A stretch of DNA of 63,604 bases, the filler included, from Choristocarpus tenellus KU-1152 (lineage: Eukaryota > Protista > Phaeophyceae): the NCBI GenBank assembly GCA_964200185.2. It is 8 parts of 8 records of this genome, joined end to end, with 100 filler letters (N's around TTAATTAATTAA, not from the genome) between each part and the next. Parts side by side here need not be neighbours in the genome. Positions count along the whole stretch, not along the records: positions 1 to 6,280 come from CAXNAD020008493.1; positions 6,381 to 9,142 come from CAXNAD020024961.1; positions 9,243 to 19,501 come from CAXNAD020003033.1; 5 more parts are not named here. One strand, 5' to 3'. Position 1 is the stretch's first letter. The number at the start of each line of letters is the position of its first letter. Below are positions 1-12,332 of the stretch, piece after piece. The notes beneath the pieces were generated by a model. It did not search any database. It was not told the origin of the DNA and saw only the letters and a list, made by a program, of their open reading frames with translations. The position numbers were made by a program, and so were the translations under genes.

Positions 1-3000
1 CCATCCTCAATTTTGCGAATCCCCTGTTAACTGCCCCCGCACATCTAGTCATCAGATCGATACGACTACTTCGTCTCCTAAATCTGTCCGGACACAGTTC
101 AACTCGTCCTCCTGGACCAGTCCAGCCCGAGCACTTTGTAATTCACGATTGCAAGCACAATCCTCCTGATTATCTCGTATGTCATCGTTTTGGCGATGAA
201 GACGGTGTCAATGAGCTCATAGACACTATCACCAACAAGAAACTGGACATCGCAGGCAAGAGCTCACTCCAATAGTCCCTTTCCAGAAGCGGCCTACCCT
301 CTTCTCCCTCTTTGAGAAAAGTTTGTAGCAGACTGTACAAAACAGAAAAGGATGGAATGTCCGTGCGGAATCGTTCGCAGAGGGTGCGGTCTTGGTCCGT
401 AATGCCACAGTTATCGTGAAGAACAGTGTACTAAAAAAAAGCAATCTAGCCTCCACTGTTCCAATTGCCCGCCTTGAATGAACCCTGGCCATTGGGGACG
501 TTACGCAACATCTCCTTGTATTCCCCTTGTACAGTGTGTGAGAGGCGATATCCGAGTGGTTTGTCATGGATGGGATGTCCAAGTTGAGTGGGATAGGAAC
601 AGTTGAGTATGGTTTCTTAAAAACAATAGTCGTAGTTGTAGTTGTAACAGTTTCACTCTTTATATAGGACGCACACAAAAACATTCTCTATTAATAAATG
701 AGTACAAATCATTATGAACATACGTAATTGTTTTTATGACGTCAATATTAGAATGATTAATATTGTATAATGAATTGAATTTTTTAACGTTTGATGATGT
801 ATTTATTTTGGTGTTGTGAACCAAAAAAGAGATCTATCCACTCCTGTCCCAGACATGTATGGTTGGGGAGTTGACCTCAGTCCAATCCACCTTCATCTCA
901 CACATAAGTCTATTACAAGAAGAGTTCTTTGTCATTGGTGAATAGGTGACGTTACACAGAGAAGTCCTACAAATTCTCAGACTGCTTGTTGTTGACGGTC
1001 AAAGGATGTGACGTCACCGATCCAAGATTCCTTTCAAACTTCTCCGAAGATTTGATGGTTTAGTGATGTGTGGGTTTGCTGAAAGCACATCAGATTCTGA
1101 ACACCCCCCTCAACTGATTAGTCTCATGTAACAACACTAAGGTAAAATTTGCTAAAAATTCAGGTAATCGAATTGAATCGAATTTATATTTAGGTCAATG
1201 ACGCAAAAACTTGGAAACTTTCCGCAATCTCAACACACACAACATTGAAATACACAAACAATTAAAAGTATTTTGAGTTGTTGTGGGTAGTGACAACTTG
1301 TGACGATTTGAGTTTGTCCCTCCTACAACACGTTCAATAATGTTGTGATTGTGTTGTGATATAAAATGAATAGTGGAACCTTTTCAGTTATTCGGCTATT
1401 CCGACTATTAGCCAAAACACAATATCTTCAAAATGTTTAGGGGAATAATAATATTTATTTACAGGGGGGGTCATTCTGAAAGTAATGCCGCTTTTTCTGT
1501 AATACATCCACAAAATATCAAAAATATTATATATCCATATATTATTAGTTGAACAGTAGCTGATTGAACTGCTATCACTTTTCTATAGTGAACGGGTTGC
1601 CATCCTTGTGAAAGGGATGCCTATTCCCCTGCAGATTTGGACACGAACCGTTTCACTACTGGTGGATGCTGGTTTAGGTCTCTTCCCACTCTTCTAGGCG
1701 AGTGTCAACGTTCTGCCTTTTGTTGCACTATGTCACCCATCACCTGCTCATCATTGCCTCTTGTCTTAGAAACCTTTGGTGGTAAGGCTAAACAGCACAG
1801 GAGGAATCCGGCATCTTAGTTTCATGGGTTGTATAGTCACCCATGCATTAGTCTCCTCCCAATGTGCTCGTTCAGTCAACTCAGGTTCGACCGATATATC
1901 TCTCGCCAAGTCCTCTAAGGGAGCAAACTCCTGATGAGATGATTGAATGGATCGACTATCCTAAGTCCTGTGCTTGGTAGGTTTCTGGTTATCATTCCCA
2001 AGCATCGAGGCGTATAAATGATGAATGGATTAGGAAGTCTGGTGACGATGGGGTTCGAAATGTCGAAGTTCACGCAGAAAACGCCTCCTTCAACGATTAA
2101 TACGAACCATTTATAAAAAGTTCAGATCATAGTGTTGAGAGTTCGACAGTATCTTTGACTACCCACAAAGTCCAATAATCGACAATCCATGAAAAGTTCT
2201 TACTATTTTTTCTCCTGAGAAATGTGTAACAGAAAATACGAATGTATATCTATTGATGTACGATGGATGAAAAAGGAAAAGGAAAATGGAAATGTCAATA
2301 ATACTAGGAACAGACCTTATAATAAGTAGATGATAATGGTATCATAGAACAAAAACATGTGAGTTTGTTGGACTGTATATGGGATCTGTGAAGTTCTTAT
2401 ACAAGAAGCAGTCGGTAACGGTCGGCCTTTCATCATTTGTACTCACTCCAACTTCTCCACTTGTTGCACCAGCAGACTACAGATTAGCATTCAGGTTTGC
2501 CCCTTGTTTAATCTGATGTTGATGTCTAACTCCCTTTGATTCCTCTATTGAGAACACGTTCAAAAATGACAGAGCAGAAGTAGTTGGTACGGATGTAGGT
2601 ATGTCTTTGCATGAAGACAGACCCCCATTACGGGTTCCGTCATTTAAGTCTTTGAATCCGTCCTATGGGGCTGGTAACTTCTTCCTGTGGGGTAAATGGT
2701 GCCCTGGAGTACTTAACCACATCGGGGGCATCTTCCCTGTCTCGAAGTGATACCTCTAATTGTTCGATTTGTTCCATGTTGAACCCTACAGTTCTCGTTG
2801 ATTGGACGGACAGGGCAAGAACGCAGAGGTAGCGACCTAGAACAGCTAAACACCGATCAAAAGGCAATGGCGGCCATGACTAGGAGGGGGGCATCCAGGA
2901 GGTCGAAGAGTCCAAGAGGCAAGGCAAGAGGGAGCTGCGACCTTGGTGGTCCAGCTCCCTCTAGTACTGAAACATGTTTCGACAACATTGCTGCCAACTC

Positions 3001-4012
3001 AGATGCACCACGACCTGGAGACTTCACGAGCGTTCATGCACCCCTTCGGAGCCACCTATGGCATTGACAGAGTGTTGCTGATGTTGTCGTACCTTAGATT
3101 CCCCTAGCTGGTGTGCAGATTCGACACCATGATCTTGCACATGATCCCCTTCAAAGTTGATCTTGGGATGCCAATTGCAGGAGGTACCTCGATCACCAGT
3201 TGCGTCAACTTGACCTTGGTACTTTGTCACCTATTAACGGATGTGTATTATCTTCCGTGTTTGCCGCGATGACTCATTTTCTCCACCCTTTCCTTCATTG
3301 CAGTTGCCTAGATTGAATAGAAAAGATGATAAGATGATGCACCCAAGAGGAAAGTAATGCTATTTCTGGTAGCATACTCGTGTTGGATCCTGCGATTCTT
3401 AAGTACAAGCTGTACCCTACACTTCACCTTCGACATTCAGTGTTACATACCACGTTCCTCCGGACTAGTTGCCCAGGGTAGAAGTTATCGTAGGCTGTTG
3501 CTGCTTAACCGCATAACTTTTACTTTGCCTCACACCTGCGATAAGTCTGCCAGCACCCCACGCTACTGCGACAAAAAGGACACAGGTGTTTTTTATTCCT
3601 ATTTGTCAGGCTACTGTGGATGTGTATATTATGCAGTACTTCAAAAATATCAATTTGCGAACACACGTATCTTGGAAAAATGGTCCCCATAAGACCTCTT
3701 AATTCATGTCATCTTGGGGGTTAGGGTTAGGATGTTTTTGTTTTGCCTGATGCTACCTGTCTTTACAAGCCATACGGGTAGCAAACCCCCTGTGAGAGTA
3801 TTTCATGGCAGGCAAACTGTAAATGATAGTCTGACAATACCCGTTTATCTGTGCCTATCCATCTTCTTTTGTCATTTCCCCCTTGTACTCCATGTTCCCT
3901 CCTTGGTTATGTTTCCTTTACATCCCTTGCCCTTCCCCCTGGCCCCCATTTATTCCTCCATTGCTCTTGTTGGGTATGTGATACCTGGGGGGGAACACTG
4001 TTTTTGATGCAG

Positions 4013-6184
4013 GGGGGCGAGGAATGGATCTGGACATCGGAGACGCTATGGAGCTTAGAAGTGATGCAAGTGAGCTTAGCATAAGTCCAAGAGATATTGC
4101 TGATGTGAGAGGGTATTGTTGGAAGGAGGAAAGGGATTGGGGTGGGTGGGGCGGGAGGAGGAATTGATGGAGATCGTCATTCAAAATACTAATTGGTGCA
4201 TTGGTGTGATACATCTCTCTGTATGTGCATGTATGTGTGTTAGTGTGTTCGTTTGTGTTTGACAAACTATTGTACCGATGTTTGGTATCTCCTGCATTCC
4301 TGCTGTCAGGGTTAGTGTTCGAGTTGGTATGGTAAAAGGTTATGGACTAAAAGTTATTTATTTTCATACGTTGTACTGTGTATATTTGAACAGGAAATCG
4401 GTTGTGATACGTATTTTTTTGCAGTTGTGTAGTAAGGTAGTGAAATCGCTCTGTAGTGCTCTGTAGTGCCACCGAGTTACCTTACGGTGCCCTGGTTTTC
4501 AGCACCTCCTCGTTCCAACATTTGGTGAGGGTTTCCATGGACCTTTTGTGCATATGCAGAATTGAATATATCGTACTCCACTATGAAGAAATATAATATC
4601 TTCGTTACTTTTGGACATTCAACTGCCGCAGACAGTGGAAATATCACAGGAGAGGAAACAAGCCTCCATGAAAAACCTTTAATACGTTAGTTATCCCCCC
4701 TAAAAAAAGACCTCAAAAAAAAGTAAAGGTGCAATGGTTGTTGAGGACCCATCGATAATAATCTCGTAGAAGATAGTGGGCTACATCGATCCCGATTTCG
4801 TTATCCAAGTAAGTTCAATTGAAGAGTCCCGTGAGCGTACTGTGATAGGCAACACCTAGCCCCTCCTCACTCCTGGAGATGTGGTCTGTTCTCGAAGAGT
4901 TTGGAGGTGGGCACAGTGCGGCAGAGGGGGGGGATTCAGTAGGGGTTAGTGTGATGGGGGTGCAGCAGGTCGCAGGAAGGATCCCACAGGCACCCTCCTG
5001 TTCCCGTGGTGGTAGTCAGATCTCAAGAGTATAGTTGATCTCAAAAGTATATTTGATCTCAAGAGTATATTTCATCTCAAAAGTATATTTCATCTCAAAA
5101 GTATATTTCATCTCAAAAGTATATTTCATCTCAAAAGTATAGTTGATCTCAAAAGTATAGTTGATCTCAAAAGTATAGTTGATCTCAAAGTATAGTTGGA
5201 CCATGTGATAGAACACACGACTACTACTACGCTACTACTACACTCGTCCCATTCCAGACTCTCCTCAAGAGGCTAGTCTGCGTGCACAACGACCCTGCAC
5301 CTTACGTCCTCTGAGAGTCAAACGACCTCATATTGGAGGCGTGTGCCTCGTATTGGAGGTGTGTGCTGTCCCTCTCCGCACCATGTGCATAGCATCTACG
5401 ACTACTGTGCCGATATTGATACACGCCTACGAGCTATTATGAAATCTCCCACGAAAGTGTTGCAGATGGAATGCTGTGTGTGTGTGTGTGTGTGTGTATG
5501 GTTTTGTTTAATATGATCGAATGCATTTTTTTTTGTAATTTCCCCAAAAGAACTGACGGTAGTATTGCCGCCTTTATATTACTTTTTCTTATTTCTCATT
5601 TGTGCTAAACGGAGATACAAGAAGTGGGGTGTGCAGCTCGCCTCATTGGCAAGCATATGGAAAGACAGTGAAAGAGACCAGCAACGTTTTGTTAGGTTTT
5701 AGCTTAAAAAGTCCCCGCTAGTGGTGTATACCTTACACAATTAATTGTATCATACCGACTCATCAACCCCCCGATATTCGCTTCACACGCAGCGCCTCCA
5801 GTTGCTTAGGAAAATTAGCAGCTTGCTTGCATTTGATAGGCCTGTACTGTATTACACACGCACATCCCTCGTGCAAGAATTAAAAAAAAAAAAAAAAAGG
5901 AGAGAAGAAGAAAATATCGATTCAGTATGTTTTCAGTTTTTTTTTTTGACTAATTTATTTATTAGCAAACCTGAGTTTTTTTAATATTTGTTCGTTTGCT
6001 TGAGTTTTTGCTGGAGGCCGGCCGTCCCGAGTGTGTGTGTGTGTGTGTGTCAGTATTGCTTGGAAGTGTTAGGGATGATGGCCCTGTAGACTATATTGTT
6101 GCTGGCCTTGGGAGTGGCCTGACCATGCGTTGTTCACACGATGCTGTTGCAGCTCCATTTCAACGCGCCTTCAGGCAGGGGAGG
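4013..6184 (+). CDS. Candidate small exons of an unidentified gene (4013-4069, ~5615-5668, 6054-6184)
   Basis: Short open stretches bounded by pyrimidine tract plus AG and GT donors, e.g. LLGSVRDDGPVDYIVAGLGSGLTMRCS. Phase chain not resolved. Confidence 0.3.
5019..5198. repeat. 18-bp minisatellite, 10 units, (G/C)ATCTCAA(A/G)AGTATA(G/T)TT
   Basis: Directly visible tandem units, with variants in blocks. Confidence 0.97.
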
Positions 6185-6280
6185 GTAGCGTTTTAATGCA
6201 GCACTTGAGCGGAAGTATCCAGTGCTCATCACCATAAAAATTACCATTTTTTGAGGGGGGTGGGGGTACGGAGGTGGGGG

Positions 6281-6380
6281 NNNNNNNNNNNNNNNNNNNN
6301 NNNNNNNNNNNNNNNNNNNNNNNNTTAATTAATTAANNNNNNNNNNNNNNNNNNNNNNNNNNNNNNNNNNNNNNNNNNNN
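6281..6380. other. Artificial assembly linker N44-TTAATTAATTAA-N44
   Basis: 100-bp spacer with stops in all six frames. Confidence 0.98.
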
Positions 6381-6786
6381 AAAAAACCCCCTCCCCAAAA
6401 CCCCCCCAAACCCCCCCCCCCCCCCCCCCCCCCGAAAAGTTGGAACCATTCTGTGCTTCATTTTCTAACAATATATTGATGAAAAAATGCGGCGTGTATA
6501 CAGTAAGTACATCATGGAAACAACGCCAACCAAGCACTACCAAAATGTCTCAAAACGTAACTCAGTCTATTCATTAGGCCACATGTTTCCCAACCACACT
6601 CACAGTCACATTCACATTCAAAAATGGAAAAAAAATCTACTGTACAGTAGGGTTAGGGCAGTAGTAAGCCCAGTACACACAGGTTAACAACTCACACTTG
6701 GCAGGTGGTGCACTGGGTGGACTGATACCCAAAAGTTGCATAAATTTCCCCCAATGCTGTATTCCCAGACCAACACTCACACCAAG

Positions 6787-6933
6787 GACCAGCGTGGCCA
6801 GGCCTGTCCTGCCGCTGACCTGTATGGGTTGATTGTTTTGGTACTTGGTTTTGTGGGCAAGAAATTGGAAGGCGTGATCAAGTACCATGGGGAAGGGGGA
6901 GAGGGAAGTGCAGGGGATGCAGTGGGGGTTTGA
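6787..6933 (+). CDS. Candidate terminal exon (DQRGQACPAADLYGLIVLVLGFVGKKLEG...*)
   Basis: AG acceptor, open frame to TGA, followed by AT-rich UTR-like sequence. Confidence 0.3.
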   Translation, partial: DQRGQACPAADLYGLIVLVLGFVGKKLEGVIKYHGEGGEGSAGDAVGV

Positions 6934-7881
6934 TAAAGTTGAGGGAGGCGTAGGTACTGCCCTGACTGGGGTCAGAAAACTACTCTCATGATTCAGTGGC
7001 CATACCAACATCTTGACAACTGGTTAAGAGAACTTTGAATCAGGACTACACTAAAATTTTCATCAACCAATTGCTTTCGGGTCTCTCGACGGCATTAAGT
7101 AGCTCGTGTGGTCAGTTCATGGTCTGTTAAAAAAAAAAAGATTGAAAAAAAACAAACAAATTTTCATTATTATTCTCATTCTCAATCTCATTATTTTTTA
7201 TTATCATTGCATTATTCTGAGCGATCCCAGACCCGTGGTCAAAAGAGTCAGTCCAAAGAACGGCAATACGCACTAAAAGTTAACAAGGACCAAAAAAAAG
7301 AAGAAAAAAGGAATGGAATAAAATAAAAAAAAAATGTATGCCAAGCCGAGTCACAAGCCGAGTCACCGTCTGAATTGGTTTGATTCTGTCGCTCGTCCAC
7401 ACCTTGGCCAAGCAATAGTTGGTTAGTTGGTATAATTCAAGTGCTGTATAAATACAAAAGGAAAGTAACCTAACCAACTTACACACCGCCAGACCTGTTT
7501 TGGTGCATTTTTTTTTTCTTCTCTTTTTTCAGCAGGGCGAGGGTGTGCCTCCATGACACTTACGCACAGATAGTCCACAAAATCGGAACAGTTTACAGTT
7601 TCAATTATCAAGATCGGCGAACGCAACTAACGCGCACCTTCCATTTAATTTTATTTTTATTTTAGTGGCCCTCTTCATGCTCTGAATTAATAATAATAAA
7701 TATATAATATATATTTATGCTTACATATCGAACTAGTTTACGGAACAAAAAATATGCAGAAGCGAATCACTTGGAAGAACAAAACAAAACAAAAAAAATA
7801 ATAACAAAATTTTTTTTAAGCAAAAGACCAACAAAATCCGTTCTGAGTGATAGATAGGCGGTAGGTGGAGAGTAAGCAATG

Positions 7882-8159
7882 CCTAACCCTAACCCTAACC
7901 CCAACAGAGGACATCGCCCAACAATTGAAAGAGGTCATTGGTGTGGACACGAGACACCTAACCCTAACCCTACACTATGTATAAAATAAACAAAATACAC
8001 CACGTAGTCATGTGAGGTTGTGAAACACTCTAGAGTGCACATAAATAAAAACAGAAAAGGTCTTACTATTTGAGTCATAGGTTACTGCAGTACAACATTA
8101 AGAGAAAAAAAAAGTGCTTTCATTTTTGTGCGTTGTATAGTCCCCTAACCCTAACCCTA
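7882..8159 (-). repeat. Short interstitial telomere-like (TTAGGG)n runs at 7882, 7957 and 8142; similar runs at ~3720, ~6648 and ~24139
   Basis: CCCTAA/TTAGGG, 2-3 units each. Confidence 0.7.
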
Positions 8160-8441
8160 CAAAACAAGAAAAAAACTCATTTATTTATTTTAAAACTTAC
8201 CTAATTTTTTGTTATTTATTCTACATTCCAGAGTAGTAGTCGCTTCTAAGGAGTAGAAACCCCCCCAACAATCCATTACATAAAGATACATATACTTTTA
8301 ATTTTCAATTGTGCACTTATTAAAAAGGAAAAAAATAAATTGTAGCATGTGTTGGGGGGGGGGGGGTAAAACAGTGAGACCAAAGTGAAGGCCAAGTTCT
8401 TTTTCTCCTTTGGATGACAAACCCATCCAATGAAAAGTCAC

Positions 8442-8537
8442 CTTCCACACTCCCACAATGGAGACAGCAGCAACGGTAATAACACACATGACAGACAACA
8501 GGAAGGGGTCCAAGAGCCTCCGCAGGACAGCATCCAC
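8442..8537 (-). CDS. Candidate exon with a hydrophobic segment (VDAVLRRLLDPFLLSVMCVITVAAVSIVGVWK)
   Basis: TTCAG acceptor and AAG|GTGACT donor enclose a 96-nt open frame. Confidence 0.25.
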
Positions 8538-9142
8538 CTGAACAACCACCAACACCCACCAACACACAACCACACCAGGCAGGCAGGCAGGCAGGCAGGC
8601 AGGCACAGAAGGGAACAAAAAAATGGAAAGGGGTGAAGTGTGACCTATGCCACGTCGGATTAATCAAAAACCCAACTTGTGGTGCAGTCTACACATATAT
8701 TTTTATACTTAAAAAAAAAAGTATCAAGGCCTATATTCCTCTACCAAAACCTCAAAAAAAACAACTGACGCACGTTCGAGGGGCACTCAATACACGAGAG
8801 CACAGTTGCAGAAAAGGGTATAGAACAGAACAAAAAAAAGGTATAGTACAAAATTCAGTATACATTGAATTGAAATGTCGTGTCGAGGACGAGATACGTG
8901 ATATTTTTGATTCAACTATTTTTTTCTTCTTGAAATCAAAGTGCAAATGGGTACAGCTTGTGAATAGAGTGTCATAAATAACACAATAATAATAATAATA
9001 TTAATAATAAATGTATTCATTCATTTTTTTTTCCTTGTAACTTGAAAAAAAAAAAATGAGAAATGCAAAAAAAGTTAAACCATCATATATGCCACACAGA
9101 ATCCAAAATCGTAAAGATGGACCACAAAACCTTTGGGGGGGG

Positions 9143-9242
9143 NNNNNNNNNNNNNNNNNNNNNNNNNNNNNNNNNNNNNNNNNNNNTTAATTAATTAANN
9201 NNNNNNNNNNNNNNNNNNNNNNNNNNNNNNNNNNNNNNNNNN
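9143..9242. other. Artificial assembly linker
   Basis: Same 100-bp spacer. Confidence 0.98.
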
Positions 9243-9286
9243 GTGGAAAGGGCATTTGGATCAGTAGGGGGGGGGGGGAAACCAAC

Positions 9287-11035
9287 CTCAAGGTGCCTCT
9301 CTCCCGCCCCCTTTTGATCCGACATCCTCTCGGACCTATGGAAATATCTGGACAAGGGAATAAAAAAATAGTATGCATCAAGATGGGGCAAGTGGGATTG
9401 TCAGCACGGATGACGCCTTGGCAGGACTCTACTGCTTTAATTTCTGTTTGTGATTTACAGTATTTATAGCGTCTTTTAGGGGTATAGGTAGTCGTAGGGT
9501 GATATATTCCTACTTGGCTTGGGGGTCATCTAAATTGGAAGGAAAGTATCTCCCGGAAAAGGATCCAAGAGTCAACTAATACACACACATATATACATGA
9601 TAGCTCCCTTCTTGAAGTAACTTCCATGGAGTCCTACTTTTCTGGAACTCTTTTAATTGAACCATTATGTAGAACAGCACCTGAACTACAGAAATAGCGC
9701 AACTATGACAAATGCGTCCATTACATCTTCGAATTTATTAACCCCCCTTGCTCCAGCAGCTCAGGAACACAAAAACTTCAATTTTAAAATCAGATTTCAT
9801 TCTCTCTTTCTTACTCGGCATATGCCGACACCGTTGCAAAAACGAAGACTTCCAACAAGATTTGAAATTGGGTGAGGGGTGACAAGAAAGACACTTGTGA
9901 CTTGTTTCATATCGACAAATACAGAATTCAGTTAACACACACACACGGCTGAGACTAAGGAGATATAGATCATGGGAGGCAGGCTTACTCGTGCTGCAGC
10001 AGAGCCTTGCAGACACGGATGGCCTCTTCCTCTGTTTTTATGTTGGGTCGCCCCTTGCGATCAGTGCTCATCAAAAACTTGACGATTTTTTCCCCTGTGC
10101 AATAGCAAGCATTAAATTTTGTAGAAACGAATCGCATGAAGCGTTTCTTTTTGGAAGATTAAGGCGTTTTGTGTGTGAACATGCTCATGGGATGACAGAT
10201 CAATGTTGGCATCACATTCACTACATCAAAAGCTGGTTAGCATGTGTACGATACGTTAGTAGGAGAGGAATGAGAGGGAATTTTTTTTTTTTTTCTATGA
10301 TTCGTAGTCAACCCTCTACTAGGGCTTGGCGGATGGAAAGCATTGCACGACCTCTATCAATGCCACACAGTAGGACCGACTACTCTTTTCAGACCACGGA
10401 AGTTGACGATACCTCAGATTCCCTTACCGATTGGGCGGGTGTTAAGATTGGGATTGATGCGTGTGCGCGCGCGTGTGAACAAACGGTTAAATTATTATGT
10501 CTCCCCCCCACAGTGGTCACCTCAACGTCTTACGGAGCCAACTGGCATTCCCCTTTCAAACTTTCATACTCAGAAGGATCACATCCTCCAACTTAGTTTC
10601 CGTCAAGGAAGCAAGGGTCCGAACGAAAACGCTATTTCTTGCTCCTCGGAGAAAGAAATGTCGAAGTTGCGAGAACTAGTTCTCCACCACAATGACATAG
10701 TACAACAGAATGTGTGCGACCCCCTCCAGTCTCTGTATCATTTCCCTCAGAATGTTTGAGTTTCGTATTATGGTCTTTGAATTAGAATTTCGTATCGAAC
10801 CCAGCATGAAGGGCTGGGAAGTCTCTGCAAGGTAGTCAACAAGCAAGACTATGGGGTAACCAGTAGGCAACTTGAACGCACCCTTAAAATACTCAACGCG
10901 CTTGTCCATCTCAATGGCTGGTCGTAAAGGCATCCCATTTCGACCACGCAAAAATCTTGCCACCTCCTTGAGGCCCTCCTCAGTCTCATACTTCGAGACG
11001 GTTGTTGACTCTGGAGCACTCCCATTAGTAGCCAT
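9287..11035 (-). CDS. SEC62: Sec62 ER translocon subunit, 5' part. Exons 11035-10882, 10094-9989, 9347-9287; truncated by the linker at 9242
   Basis: Three GT-AG exons join in phase: MATNGS...LKEVARFLRGRNGMPLRPAIEMDKRVEYFKG-EKIVKFL...EEEAIRVCKALLQH-EYFHRSER. RVEYFKG and the downstream helix plus YFHR match the Sec62 cytosolic N-domain. Confidence 0.85.
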
Positions 11036-11278
11036 GGAGACGAATCGTCGTGCTCCCTGATCGGTGGAAAAGACACTGGGCGGCGCGGAGCCCCCTCCCG
11101 CCACCCGTGAGACACCGGCGAACCTCCACTAGGCTTACAGGGGCGATGATAGCCAATGCCACTCACAAGTAGCACTCTGACGTTCGTTGCCGTACGCTTT
11201 TACAGGAGGACATGAAGCAAGAAAGGTTTGCGGAGAGAGAGGCGAGGCGTTCTTGATTTCTGGCGCGCAGTGCACGAT

Positions 11279-11302
11279 CCACGTGTAAACAAAGTGACCA
11301 AT
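11279..11302. promoter_or_regulatory. G-box (CCACGTG) and CCAAT box upstream of SEC62
   Basis: Motifs lie ~250 bp 5' of the ATG, at the edge of a CpG-rich 5' region. Function is inferred only. Confidence 0.2.
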
Positions 11303-11477
11303 GAAATGAACGTAGCAACCACTTCTAACGTTTATTAATGGGTATTTGTACAGCGTACCTTCATATTGATGTGGAACAAAAACTAGAGATCATGTACGTA
11401 CGTCATCTCCAAACAATTACAAACCCCACACAAACACATAAAAATATAGTGGTATATTTGTAAGCAAAAAGATCATT

Positions 11478-11778
11478 GAAGTAACTCTAATATAAATAGT
11501 GATGAAGTCGAGAGTTGTGATAACAAACACCTCTCTATATTATATAGTAATAATATTCATTGAAGTCACTGCATGTGTGGGTTGAAGTTTGTTGCAACTA
11601 GTTCAGTTGGATTGCTGATGGAAGTCACTCTCGTATCAATGGTGATTAAGTTGAGAGTTGTGATTGCCCATCCTCAACACCAGCAACCTCTGTATGGATA
11701 GCAATAATATTAGTGAAGTCACTGGATGATGTGTGGGCTGAAGTTTGCTGCAACTAGTTAGTTCACTTGGATTGCTGT
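11478..11778. repeat. Imperfect two-copy tandem duplication (~140-160 bp)
   Basis: GAAGT.ACTCT...GAGAGTTGTGAT...GAAGTCACTG...GCAACTAGTT...TTGGATTGCTG occurs twice. Confidence 0.85.
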
Positions 11779-12079
11779 GGTCAGATCATGGTTCATGTGT
11801 GTGCATTATATAGATTGAAGGACTAACCAAGTCCCCACTTCTTCGCTAGGTTCTTCAATCGCAACGTATACACATCAAATTTTTCGGTCATACTTAGGCG
11901 AACAGCCACAACCTCCTATTCGTTGTATTTGTCTCATCGGCCTTGGTAGTAGTTGCACATACATGCGTATTTTGATTGATCAATATATTGAGCACGACAT
12001 ATTGTGCATCAAGTCACCGCTTGAAATACTCAACCAAGGTCGGCAAATATGTTGCGTCCTCCTATACATATCATAATTT

Positions 12080-12332
12080 CTAGGGTTACGAAATATGACT
12101 GTAAGTAGAGTGACACTATGGGCATACTAGGCATAATTATACCGAAATTGTGGACCTAGCACCACAAGCGATGAACATACTTGTTTAAGAAATTGGGTTC
12201 AAGGTTAGCAATCACGACTGAAAGTTGAGAGTGGCCCGTAACTAAGACCAAAGGTGACACAATGGGCATAATAGGCATATTTATACCCAAATTATGAACC
12301 TAGCGCTGAAGACGATGGACATACTCACGTAA
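12080..12332. repeat. Imperfect two-copy direct repeat (core period 144 bp)
   Basis: GTGACAC..TGGGCATA.TAGGCATA.TTATACC.AAATT.TG.ACCTAGC at 12110 and 12254. Confidence 0.85.

Noticed and set aside
1640-3230. Gag-like minus-strand fragments
   Set aside because: No zinc knuckle, protease or RT motif recognised; too weak to call.
5016-5216. CRISPR-like array or 66-aa repeat protein
   Set aside because: Units abut with no spacers and there are no cas genes; the ORF is a by-product of an 18-bp minisatellite.
6325-6336. Recurrent TTAATTAATTAA palindrome
   Set aside because: Always centred in N-runs totalling 100 bp; a six-frame-stop assembly linker, not biology.
7882-8159. True telomere
   Set aside because: Only 2-3 units per run and internal to the contig.
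10095-10881. Intronic snoRNA or ncRNA in SEC62 intron 1; + strand ORFs at 9991 and 10343
   Set aside because: No convincing C/D or H/ACA box pair; the ORFs are antisense and have no recognisable motifs.
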